Source of the DNA: an uncultured Acidobacteriota bacterium
GTDB lineage: Bacteria > Acidobacteriota > JAQAZP01
DNA length: 64,000 nucleotides
Assembly: GCA_963836075.1 (NCBI GenBank)
Contig: CAWIIB010000009.1
Span: forward strand, 1,888,001 to 1,952,000
Direction of reading: 5' to 3'
Positions 19,202 through 30,591 of the stretch are shown here, piece by piece (the stretch's first letter is position 1; each line of letters begins with the position of its first letter). The position numbers and the translations under genes are program-made. The notes beneath the pieces were generated by a model. The model ran no database searches. It saw only the letters and a list, made by a program, of their open reading frames with translations, and had not been told where the DNA came from.

Positions 19202-19335
19202 ATATTCTGATCTCCGGGAAAGGGAAATGTTGTTTGGATAACGGACTCCCCGGAACGCTGTACCCGGAAAAACGTCAACCAGACCAGCCTCTCCCCACCG
19301 GTGGGGGTGCCTTCAATGTGCCGATCCCCCCATGC

Positions 19336-19351
19336 TGGCATCTGATTTGCT
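19336..19351 (+). promoter_or_regulatory. sigma54 promoter
   Basis: TGGCATCTGATTTGCT. Confidence 0.75.
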
Positions 19352-19429
19352 TTTGACAAAGGTGCCCCCTTGATTGTCGGGGGCATCGGCAGGGGGGCGA
19401 ACGATGGGAACCTGATTGATGAGGATCGG

Positions 19430-20209
19430 ATGATGAGCAGACCGGAAACGAAACACGAAGATTTTCTCACCTGTGTCCTGCGGGAGGGAATCGCGGTGCT
19501 GACCCTGGAGGGGGGAGCCCTGGACATCACCACCAGCCACAGGGGCAGGGACAATTTCCTCGCCCTGATCTCGGGGGTGGAGCAGGAAGAGAAGGCCCGG
19601 GCCCTGCTGATCATCAATTCGTCGGCATACGCCGGGGTGCAGGGACAGCGAACATTTTTCGAGCAGCTCACCGGCCGGTCTGGCATTTCGGCGGCGGAAA
19701 GGGAGCGGCTGCTCTCCCTGGAAGAGCATGCCCGCTACCGGATTCTGGTGCGGCTGATGGGCTTTCGGAAGCCGGTGGTGGGGGCGATGCAGGGTGAAAT
19801 CGCTTCACCCTTCTTTGGTCTGAGCCTCGCCTTTCCCCTGCGCCTGGCCGCTGATGACATGTCGGTCCGTTTCCCCCGGATGGAACACGGCTTCCCTCCC
19901 GGCTGGCCCCTCGGCCTGTTCCTGCCGCGATACGTGGGCCAGGGCCGGGCGGCGGAGATGATGCTCTCCGGCCGGCCGGTGGGGGCGGCCACCCTGCTGG
20001 AAATGGGTCTGCTCCACGAAATCGTCACGGCGGACTCGTTCCAGACCCGCTGTGTGGAGCGAACGGTGGAACTGTGCCGCCAGCCAGGGTTTCAGGTCAC
20101 GGGCATCAACCGGATGCTCCTGCCGGACCCGACGGAGATCTCCAACTGCTTTAACAAGTCGATGACGATCATGAATAAAGCGCTCCATGCGGCGCGGAGA
20201 GGTGAGTGA
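19430..20209 (+). CDS. Enoyl-CoA hydratase/crotonase-fold protein, catalytically atypical
   Basis: KPVVGAMQG...LPRYVGQGRAAEMMLSG...LLEMGLLHEIV fold pattern. Canonical Glu residues absent. Confidence 0.75.
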   Translation: MMSRPETKHEDFLTCVLREGIAVLTLEGGALDITTSHRGRDNFLALISGVEQEEKARALLIINSSAYAGVQGQRTFFEQLTGRSGISAAERERLLSLEEHARYRILVRLMGFRKPVVGAMQGEIASPFFGLSLAFPLRLAADDMSVRFPRMEHGFPPGWPLGLFLPRYVGQGRAAEMMLSGRPVGAATLLEMGLLHEIVTADSFQTRCVERTVELCRQPGFQVTGINRMLLPDPTEISNCFNKSMTIMNKALHAARRGE

Positions 20210-20982
20210 TGACCGACAACAAGCGATTTCTGGTGGACGTGGGGATGAAGGACCTGCCTTTCCCCATGCGGGTTGCCTCGAGGAGGGATCCGGAGGGACA
20301 GGCCACCGTGGCCGGTATTTCAATATCCGCGCGGATCATGCAGGAGTTCGAGGCCCGCTGGATCGACAGGTTCATCAATGTGCTGCACCAGCACCGTGAA
20401 CGTATTGGCACGGATTTCCTCCGCACCAATATCCACGACTACCGGGACGAACTGAAAGCCAGTGCCATCCGAATCGACTTTTGCTACCCGTACTTTGTCG
20501 AGAAAATCGCGCCGTTCTCGGGGGAGCCATGCCTCGTCCAGCATCCATGCACTTACTCGGCCAGGATGACGACGGTTGATGAAACACCGAAGATCCGATT
20601 TGGCATCGAGATTCCCTGTATCACCACCTATCCCGGATCGGCTACGGCAGAGTCCGGCGGTCTTTTTGGCCAGTTGAGCTCGGTGGCCATCGAGGTCGAG
20701 TCCGGAGAGGAACTTTATCCTGAAGACCTGGTGGAACTTGTGGACCGCAATGCACTGGCCCCGGTTTACTCCTTCCTGCGCACCGCGGACCAGGAATTCA
20801 TCATCCGCAAGATCCACACCGATCAGGTTTCCAGCGTGGTGATGACCGACGCCATCCGCGAAGAACTTGCCCGGGACAGCCGGGTGGACTGGTACTCGGT
20901 GAATACCACAAATTCCGGCATGCTCCATACCTACAGCACCATCGTCGGCACCGAAAAGAGCCAGTGGGTCCCCTATAGCTGA
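20206..20982 (+). CDS. GTP cyclohydrolase FolE2-like (type IB) protein, degenerate active site
   Basis: DVGMKDLPFP, YPYFVEKIAPFSG, YPEDLVELVDRNALAPVYSFL. The CPCS/AHNQR/ESIH motifs are replaced. Confidence 0.75.
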   Translation: MMTDNKRFLVDVGMKDLPFPMRVASRRDPEGQATVAGISISARIMQEFEARWIDRFINVLHQHRERIGTDFLRTNIHDYRDELKASAIRIDFCYPYFVEKIAPFSGEPCLVQHPCTYSARMTTVDETPKIRFGIEIPCITTYPGSATAESGGLFGQLSSVAIEVESGEELYPEDLVELVDRNALAPVYSFLRTADQEFIIRKIHTDQVSSVVMTDAIREELARDSRVDWYSVNTTNSGMLHTYSTIVGTEKSQWVPYS

Positions 20983-21131
20983 TTCCCCCGACGCCAGAGC
21001 TTTTTGCCCGGGGGGGTGCAGTCCCCGCCAAATTTCTGTAAAATAATGGGCCCTGTGGAAGCCGGCCGCCGGCGGCGCGGCTTGTGGTGATGTACCGGAA
21101 AACCGTTGACCGTAACCAGGAGTGACGGACA

Positions 21132-23879
<2,748 letters not shown>

Positions 23880-23915
23880 AAGAAGACGACACCAAGTAAG
23901 AGGAGTCCCGAGACA

Positions 23916-25157
23916 ATGGCCGAGGTCAAGATACCGGAAGTGGGCGAATCGATCACCGAGGGGATCCTGGTGGAGTGGATTGCCGCCGACGGGGCGATGG
24001 TCAAGGTTGACGACCCGCTCTTCGTCCTGGAGACGGACAAGATCACCATGGACGTGGCCACCGAGGTCGCCGGGAAGCTGGCCATCCAGGTGCCCGCCGG
24101 TGAGACGGTGACCATCGGGCAGATCGTGGGGACCATCGACACCGTGGCGAGCGACGATACGGCCGCAGCCCCGGCCGCGGCTGAAGCAGCGCCGGCAGCC
24201 CAGGCTGCCCCGGCGGCAGAGGTGAGTGACGACCTGGCCCCGGCGGTGCGGCGGCTGGTGGCTGAGCACAATCTCGATCCTGCGGCGATCAGCGGCACGG
24301 GCAAGGGCGGCCGGATCACCAAGGAGAATGTGCTGGCCCATCTGGCGAAACCGGCAGCTCCGGCAGCGGCCGCGCCTGCCGCGCCCGCAATGCCCGAAGC
24401 CGCACCCCTCGACACACCGGCGGTCCCGCGGCCCGCCGGCCCGGTCACCTCGGCCGACGGCCGGGAGACCCGCGAGCCGATGACCTCGCTGCGCAAGCGG
24501 GTGGCCGAACGGCTGCTCCTGGCCCAGCAGAGCGCCGCCATCCTCACCACTTTCAACGAACTGGACATGAGCGCGGTGATGGCCCTGCGCAAGGAGCGGC
24601 AGGAGGCCTTCCAGCAGAAGTTCGGCATCAAGCTCGGATTCATGTCCTTCTTCATCAAGGCCACGGTGGAAGCGCTGCGCACCGTGCCGGCGATCAATGC
24701 CCGCGTGGAGGGCGAGGATATCGTCCACAACCACTACTTCGACATCGGCGTGGCGGTGGGCACCGAGAAAGGACTGGTGGTGCCGGTGATCCGCGCCGCC
24801 GACCAGCTGAGTTACGACGGTGTGGAAAAAGCCATTGCCGACGTGGCCGGCCGGGCCCGGGACCGCAAGCTGACGCTCAACGACCTCAGCGGCGGGGTGT
24901 TCAGCGTCTCCAACGGCGGGATCTACGGCAACATGATGAGCACACCGATCATCAACCCGCCCCAGAGCGGCATCCTGGGGATGCATGCCATCAAAAAGCG
25001 GGCGGTGGTGGTGGATGACGAGATCGTGGTGCGGCCGATGATGTATGTCGCCCTCTCCTACGACCACCGGCTGGTGGACGGCAAGGAAGCCGTGACCTTC
25101 CTCAAGACCGTCGTCGACTACGTGGAGAACCCCGACCCGGCCCTGCTCGGGCTCTGA
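23916..25157 (+). CDS. sucB: Dihydrolipoyllysine succinyltransferase E2
   Basis: Lipoyl ETDK motif, E3-binding GTGKGGRITKE, LSYDHRLVDG. Confidence 0.97.
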   Translation: MAEVKIPEVGESITEGILVEWIAADGAMVKVDDPLFVLETDKITMDVATEVAGKLAIQVPAGETVTIGQIVGTIDTVASDDTAAAPAAAEAAPAAQAAPAAEVSDDLAPAVRRLVAEHNLDPAAISGTGKGGRITKENVLAHLAKPAAPAAAAPAAPAMPEAAPLDTPAVPRPAGPVTSADGRETREPMTSLRKRVAERLLLAQQSAAILTTFNELDMSAVMALRKERQEAFQQKFGIKLGFMSFFIKATVEALRTVPAINARVEGEDIVHNHYFDIGVAVGTEKGLVVPVIRAADQLSYDGVEKAIADVAGRARDRKLTLNDLSGGVFSVSNGGIYGNMMSTPIINPPQSGILGMHAIKKRAVVVDDEIVVRPMMYVALSYDHRLVDGKEAVTFLKTVVDYVENPDPALLGL

Positions 25158-25172
25158 TGGAGACAAGAGAAC

Positions 25173-26564
25173 ATGGACAGCTTTGATTTTGCCGTCATCG
25201 GCGCCGGGCCCGGAGGCTACGTCGCCGCCATCCGTGCCGCCCAGCTGGGAATGAAGGTGGCGCTGATCGAAGAGCGGGACAAACTCGGCGGGACCTGCCT
25301 CAACGTGGGCTGTGTGCCCTCCAAGGCGCTGCTGGAATCGAGCGAGCTGTTCCAGGTCACCCGCGACCATCTGGGTGAGCATGGCATCAGCGCGGCCGGT
25401 GTGGAACTGGACCTGGCAAAGATGCTGGAGCGCAAGTCACGCATCGTCACCGAGGTCACCGACGGCCTGGGCCTGCTGATGAAGAAGAACAAAATCACCG
25501 TGATCAACGGCCGCGGCGCCCTGGCCGGCGACAAGAAGATCAGGGTGGAGGGCCCGGACGGGACCACCGAGCTGGAGGCGACCGCCATCGTGCTGGCCAT
25601 GGGCAGCGTGCCGGTGGAACTGCCCGGCCTGCCCTTTGACGGCAAGAAGATCATCTCCTCCACCGAGGCCCTGGAGCTCACCGAGGTGCCGGGCCGCATG
25701 GTGGTGGTGGGCGGCGGGGCCATCGGCCTCGAGCTGGGCAGCGTCTGGAAACGCCTGGGCGCCGAGGTCACAGTGGTTGAACTGCTGCCCCGCATCGCCA
25801 TCTTCGCCGACGTCCAGCTGAGCAAAGGGCTGAAGAAAGAGCTGGGCAAGCAGGGCATGGAGATCCTGCTGGAGAGCAAGGTCACTGCCGCCGACACCAG
25901 TGGCAAGGAGATCAAGGTCACCGTGGCCGGCAAGGACGGCGAAAGCGAACTGACCTGCGACACCCTGCTGGTGGCCGTGGGCCGCAAGCCCTGCACCGGC
26001 ACCGCCGGTCTGGATGAGGCGGGGGTGGAACTGGAGCAGGGCCGGGTCAAGGTGGACGGCCAGTGGCGCACCTCGGTGCCCGGCATCTACGCCATCGGTG
26101 ACCTGATCCACGGCCCCATGCTGGCCCACAAGGCCGAGGACGAGGGCATGGCCGTGGCCGAGCTGGCCGCCGGCCAGCCGGGCCACGTCAACTACGACGT
26201 GATTCCCAACGTGATCTACACCATGCCCGAACTGGCCCAGGTGGGCCTCACCGAGAAAGAGGCCAAGGACCAGGGCCTCAAGGTCAAGGTGGGCCGTTCC
26301 TACTTCAAGGCCAACGCCCGGGCCAAGAGCCTGGCCGAAGAGGAGGGGCTGGTTAAAGTCATCGCCCACGCCGAGACCGACCGCATCCTCGGGGTGCATA
26401 TCCTCGGCGCCCGGGCCTCGGACATGATCGCCGAGGCGGTGGTGGCCATGGAGTTCCAGGCCTCGTCCGAGGACATCGTCCGCACCTGCCACGCCCACCC
26501 CACGCTGTCCGAGATCTTCCGCGAGGCGGCCATGGCTGTGGACCGCAGGTCGATCCACGGGTAG
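25173..26564 (+). CDS. lpdA: Dihydrolipoyl dehydrogenase E3
   Basis: [28 protein letters not shown]. Confidence 0.97.
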   Translation: MDSFDFAVIGAGPGGYVAAIRAAQLGMKVALIEERDKLGGTCLNVGCVPSKALLESSELFQVTRDHLGEHGISAAGVELDLAKMLERKSRIVTEVTDGLGLLMKKNKITVINGRGALAGDKKIRVEGPDGTTELEATAIVLAMGSVPVELPGLPFDGKKIISSTEALELTEVPGRMVVVGGGAIGLELGSVWKRLGAEVTVVELLPRIAIFADVQLSKGLKKELGKQGMEILLESKVTAADTSGKEIKVTVAGKDGESELTCDTLLVAVGRKPCTGTAGLDEAGVELEQGRVKVDGQWRTSVPGIYAIGDLIHGPMLAHKAEDEGMAVAELAAGQPGHVNYDVIPNVIYTMPELAQVGLTEKEAKDQGLKVKVGRSYFKANARAKSLAEEEGLVKVIAHAETDRILGVHILGARASDMIAEAVVAMEFQASSEDIVRTCHAHPTLSEIFREAAMAVDRRSIHG

Positions 26565-26674
26565 GGGGGCCCGCACTCGCTGCTTGCCCGCGCCTGCCTG
26601 ACGGTGACCGCAAAAGGGCTCCGTCACGAAAGCCGCGAGTGTGGGGTCTGTTCCCCACGTTTCCGATCCGTCAC
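26408..26674 (+). repeat. 267-bp imperfect direct repeat, copy 1 (lpdA 3' end plus downstream)
   Basis: Colinear with 28257..28523. Confidence 0.92.
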
Positions 26675-26802
26675 CCGTGGTTGACACGACCCCGTCAATG
26701 CCTTCAGCTTATTGACCGGTCTGACCCCCGGCCGGCCGGATGATGGGGTAATCGTTGCGGCTTCCTTGCGACGGACTCAATTATGGAACAACACCAGGAT
26801 CA

Positions 26803-28119
26803 TCATGGACCAGGATCGGGGCGTTTCGCTTGAGGGGCCAAGAGCGCCGCACGAAGATTCAGGCGTCCGCCGGAGACGACCTTGTCCTCGAATGCCGGAC
26901 GCTTGTCCGACAACCTCATGATCCTCGTCTTGATATTCAGGAGGCTCCTGTTCGGGAAGCGGGCCTTGACCAGAGCCACCGCGCCCGCGACGAACGGGCA
27001 GGCAGCGGATGTGCCGGTTGCAAAGCCGTAAGTGCCGCCGATCTGGGTGCTGTAGATGTTGGTCGCGGGTGCCGCAATGTCCACCGAGAGAAGCCCCCAG
27101 TTCCCGTAGAGCCCGTCGGTTTGACTGCTGCCCGCCACGGCGAACACCTCGGGGTAGGGGATGCTGGCCGGATAGAGGGGAACGAGATCGTTGTCGGAAT
27201 TGAAGTTCCCCGAGGCGGCCACGAAGAGCATGCCCTTTTTAACCCAGGCGGTGCGGATCGCATCCGCCAGGGGCGCCACGTCGTTCCATGAGTAACTGAT
27301 CACCCAGCTGTTGCTCGACAGATGGGCGCCGTTCTTCATGGCGTACTCGACGGCCCGGACCGCCCCGGCCACGTTTGCGTCACCGCTGGCGCTGATGAAT
27401 TTCACGGGCATGAGCCGGACCTTCCAGCACACGCCGGCCACGCCCAGGCCGTTGTCGGTCACGGCGGCCAGGATGCCCCCGCAGTAGGTGCCGTGGCCTA
27501 AATCGTCCGATGGGTCGCCATCCTCGTTGTAGAAGTCGTAGCCATGCACGTCGTCGACGTACCCGTTGCCGTCGTCGTCGATGCCGTTGCCGGGGATCTC
27601 ACCCGCGTTGGTCCAGATGTTGGCTGCCAGGTCGGGGTGGTCCAACTGGGCTCCCGAGTCGATCACGGCCACCACAATGTCGCTGGCGTCGGGCTGCAGA
27701 TCCCAGGCCTCCGGAGCGTCGATGTCCACGCCGGTCACCTGGTCGAGAGCCCACTGGTAGCCGAATCCGGGATCATCGGGATAGCCCTGGACGTGGACCA
27801 GGGCATTGGCGGTGGCGTAGGTGACGGTCGGCAGGGCTTCGAGAAGCTTGGCCGCGGCGCGCACGTCCGAGCCCGGCAACAGCTTGAGCAGCCAGATGTC
27901 CTGTTCGAACAGCCGCTCGTGACCCGTGGCGCCGACCATCCTCTCGAGAAAATCCAGGTCCGCGTCGCGGGCCTCCTCTACGCGCACGATGACCTGGTCC
28001 GCGACGTAGCTGGCAGTGGACACCGACACCTGGCCCCGTGCCGGACGGCCACCCTGGACGAGAGCGATCGAGGCGAAAAGCAGGACTCCGATGCAAAGGA
28101 AACGGCGATATTGCGACAT
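26803..28119 (-). CDS. Secreted S8 (subtilisin-like) serine peptidase
   Basis: Signal peptide. Triad VAVIDSG, HGTYCGG, GTSAACP. DDDGNGYVDD loop. Start may be 28161. Confidence 0.92.
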   Translation of the reverse strand: MSQYRRFLCIGVLLFASIALVQGGRPARGQVSVSTASYVADQVIVRVEEARDADLDFLERMVGATGHERLFEQDIWLLKLLPGSDVRAAAKLLEALPTVTYATANALVHVQGYPDDPGFGYQWALDQVTGVDIDAPEAWDLQPDASDIVVAVIDSGAQLDHPDLAANIWTNAGEIPGNGIDDDGNGYVDDVHGYDFYNEDGDPSDDLGHGTYCGGILAAVTDNGLGVAGVCWKVRLMPVKFISASGDANVAGAVRAVEYAMKNGAHLSSNSWVISYSWNDVAPLADAIRTAWVKKGMLFVAASGNFNSDNDLVPLYPASIPYPEVFAVAGSSQTDGLYGNWGLLSVDIAAPATNIYSTQIGGTYGFATGTSAACPFVAGAVALVKARFPNRSLLNIKTRIMRLSDKRPAFEDKVVSGGRLNLRAALLAPQAKRPDPGP

Positions 28120-28165
28120 GACCGAAATCTCCGGCGAGGGGAGCAAGTCCAACGATTTCATGTAT

Positions 28166-28236
28166 ATGTATAGGGGTTTCCTTTCCCGGTGTCAAGAATT
28201 ATGTATAGGGGACACCTTATCCCGGCGTCAAGAAAT
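28166..28236. repeat. Two tandem 35/36-bp units (ATGTATAGGGG...CCCGGYGTCAAGAA)
   Basis: Related inverted copy at 30327..30361 and a degenerate copy at 31774..31800. Confidence 0.8.
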
Positions 28237-28256
28237 CCCCCCCCGCGCAAATCCGC

Positions 28257-28523
28257 CGCCCGGGCCTCGGACATGATCGCTGAGGCGGTGGTGGCGATGG
28301 AGTTCCAGGCCTCGTCCGAGGATATCGTCCGCACCTGCCACGCTCACCCCACCCTCTCCGAGATCTTCCGCGAAGCGGCCATGGCTGTGGACCGCAGGTC
28401 GATCCACGGGTAGGGGGGCCCGCACTCGCTGCTTGCCCGCGCCTGCCTGACGGTGACCGCAAAAGGGCTCCGTCACGAAAGGCGCGAGCGTGTGGTCTGT
28501 TTCGTGCGTTTCCGATCCGTCAC
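28257..28523 (+). repeat. 267-bp direct repeat, copy 2 (duplicated lpdA 3' end)
   Basis: Encodes the same ARASDMIAE...RSIHG peptide with synonymous changes. Confidence 0.92.
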
Positions 28524-28680
28524 TGGAGAGCGTCCACCCGGTGCTGGTCCATTACGACGCGCTGACCTTTTTATCGCTGCTGGCGCTGCAGGTGCCGCCG
28601 TCCGGGGTGCGCATGGTTCGCTACTACGGCCATTACTCGGTGCGGAGCCGGGTGGAGAAAAGGCGGCGGGCCGGGAATCA
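28523..28680 (+). mobile_element. IS91-family (Y2) transposase C-terminal fragment
   Basis: YDALTFLSLLALQVPPSGVRMVRYYGHYSVRSR resembles the FL..L..HIP......VRYYG.YS motif. Confidence 0.7.
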
Positions 28681-29124
28681 GCCTTCCCGGCGGCGTTTCA
28701 AAGATTTCAGGTACTTGAGATCCTCCCTGTCCCGGGGCCTGTCCGCTGCTGTTTTCATGGCGATCAGGTCGTCCAGTCCGGCGAAGAAAACGGGCGTGCT
28801 GCCGATCTTGTCTTCGACTTTGTTCGCCCAAACCTGTTCAAATGTGATCCCCTTCACGAACGGATGCACATCGGTTTCCTGCACATATTGCCGAATGAGC
28901 ACTTTCTTCGTCAACAGGTCATCGATGGTCAGGTCGGCGACATCATAGCCGAAGTGCCGGAGCGCCTCTAGCGTGCGCCGGGCGTTCTGCCGGTCCGGAC
29001 GGATGAAGATGTCGATGTCCAGCGTCGCCCGTGAATATCCGTGAACGGGGAAGGCCGCGGCGCCGATCACGACATACTCAACGCCCTGGTCGTTTAACGA
29101 TTTCAGCAGGCTTGCGGTGTCCAT
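28678..29124 (-). CDS. Nucleotidyltransferase-fold protein (DUF6036-like), putative TA component
   Basis: IGAAAFPVHGYSRATLDIDI, LIAMKTAADRPRDREDL. Confidence 0.85.
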   Translation of the reverse strand: MDTASLLKSLNDQGVEYVVIGAAAFPVHGYSRATLDIDIFIRPDRQNARRTLEALRHFGYDVADLTIDDLLTKKVLIRQYVQETDVHPFVKGITFEQVWANKVEDKIGSTPVFFAGLDDLIAMKTAADRPRDREDLKYLKSLKRRREG

Positions 29125-29269
29125 TCCGAATCAGCGATTCCTTGATTTCATTGGACCGGGATATCATCATTTCGAAACGCTCTGCGAAAGAAAGCGAAAG
29201 GAGATATTCGATTTCGAATTCCAGCTCACGCTGTTCATCGTGAGTGTCCAGTTTCAGGATCGGGCTCAT
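29078..29269 (-). CDS. Small hypothetical protein, putative TA partner
   Basis: MSPILKLDTHDEQRELEFEIEYLLSLSFAERF, 63 aa. GGAGG RBS. Overlaps the NTase start. Confidence 0.65.
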   Translation of the reverse strand: MSPILKLDTHDEQRELEFEIEYLLSLSFAERFEMMISRSNEIKESLIRNGHRKPAEIVKRPGR

Positions 29270-29505
29270 TGCCTGACCTCCAGCCATTGACTCGCAAACG
29301 ATCAGTAAAACCGAGTGTAATAGACAGTATGCACCGATCGGCATGCTCTGGCAAGTTCGAGGAACGGTGGAAGGCCGGGCGACCCGCGGCCGGGACAGGG
29401 GCCGCCGGCGGGGGTTTTTCGAACCACCCGCCGGCAAATCCGTTATCTTGGATTCCGGGCACCTGTTCTCTGGAAATTGCCGAACCATGGGACGTCACCG
29501 TCAGG

Positions 29506-30003
29506 ATGAGGATATCCATTCTGCCACTTCGCACGATCCTGTTCGCAATCCTTCTCGCTGTGTTTCTTCAATCATGCGCCGAACCGCCCGAACAGGATTT
29601 CAATGGAATACCGGTGTTCGGCAGTTACGTCGAAGCGGGCTTCGATGCCGCAGGGATCGAGGCCGCAAGGCGCTGCAAGAAGTCGGCCGGCCCGGTCGTC
29701 ACCGCAGCTCTCGTCGTCTTCCAGGCAAAGGTCCTTCTCGCCTGGGGTGACGTCAGCTTTCCCTACAAATGTCACTCGGTTCGCAAGCGACTGCTGAGTA
29801 CCCTCTACGGCATTCATGCGTCTCAAGGGAGCATCGACCTGGAAAGCATGCTTGCCGAGCTGGAGATTGATGATATTCATCCCCTGACCGACGCGGAGAA
29901 GCAAGCAAAGGTCATTCACCTGCTCAAATCACGGTCGGGCGTCTATCATCCGGCTGCTGCAGAAACCAGCGCCATGGCGGCCCGGCGTTGTAGCGTCCAT
30001 TAA
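29506..30003 (+). pseudogene. Serine hydrolase (beta-lactamase class C-like) lipoprotein, truncated
   Basis: LQSC lipobox, SVRK (SxxK), HLLKSRSGVYH. Ends after ~165 aa. Confidence 0.75.
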
Positions 30004-30326
30004 TTGATGTCCGCCTTCCCCGCCCCTAATCGGTTGACAGTCTCCCCACTCCAGAACGATGAGCGACAGGCTATTGGAGGCCATCATGTCATTATTCTGG
30101 AAGAGGAAGAAGCAGTATGATAGACGGGAGACCCATGGGGCTCCCGGCGGAGCGGCCCGTCAGTGCCGGCGGCGGGCTGCTGGTGGCGGGGTGTGTCAAG
30201 ATGACCATTTCATCGGGGGCGAATCGTCGGGGTGGCTTCATGAGACAGCAGATCGACCTCGAGAGGCGGGGGAGCGGATAACCGGAAGGGGGAAACGACC
30301 CGGATCGGGGACCTGTGAGAGAGAGG

Positions 30327-30361
30327 AATTCTTGACACCGGGAAATGAAATCCCTGTCCAT
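30327..30361. repeat. Inverted copy of the 35-bp unit
   Basis: Reverse complement matches 28166..28200 at 31/35 positions by manual alignment. Confidence 0.8.
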
Positions 30362-30363
30362 TT

Positions 30364-30579
30364 ATTGCACAACTTTTCAAAAACAGACTCCTGGCCGTCA
30401 TGCTGAAGCGGGGGATCATGATCCGGAAACGCGTGGATTTGTATCTCGGATGGCGTCATAACGCTGGCTTCCATGGCCAGGACGGCGGCCGCATTTTCGA
30501 CCACCCTGGCGAATCCATAGATAATCCGACCAGGTATATGAGCCGGTTTTTTCGTAATGTGCTCGACTGGGTGGAGTGA
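30364..30579 (+). mobile_element. Degenerate IS91-family transposase internal fragment
   Basis: IAQLFKNRLLAVMLKRGIMIRKRVDLYLGWRHNAGF...SIDNPTRYMSR resembles the LF...VL..L...G.I...V..L..WRH.GF...LARY segment. Confidence 0.55.
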
Positions 30580-30591
30580 GAAAGGAGCGCA

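Noticed and set aside
19430-20209. Crotonase-like protein as an RpfF (DSF synthase) partner of the RpfC-like kinase
   Set aside because: Lacks the two catalytic Glu residues RpfF needs and lies 21 kb away in another regulon.
26596-26660. Hairpins after lpdA as a c-di-GMP or other riboswitch
   Set aside because: Lacks the GEMM consensus and lies 3' of convergent genes; more likely terminator or REP structure.
28166-28236. Tandem 35-bp units as a CRISPR array
   Set aside because: No spacers, only two adjacent units, no cas genes.
30086-30320. ORF starting MSLFWKRKK after a GGAGG RBS
   Set aside because: Plausible gene start, but it degenerates into low-information sequence; no family can be assigned.
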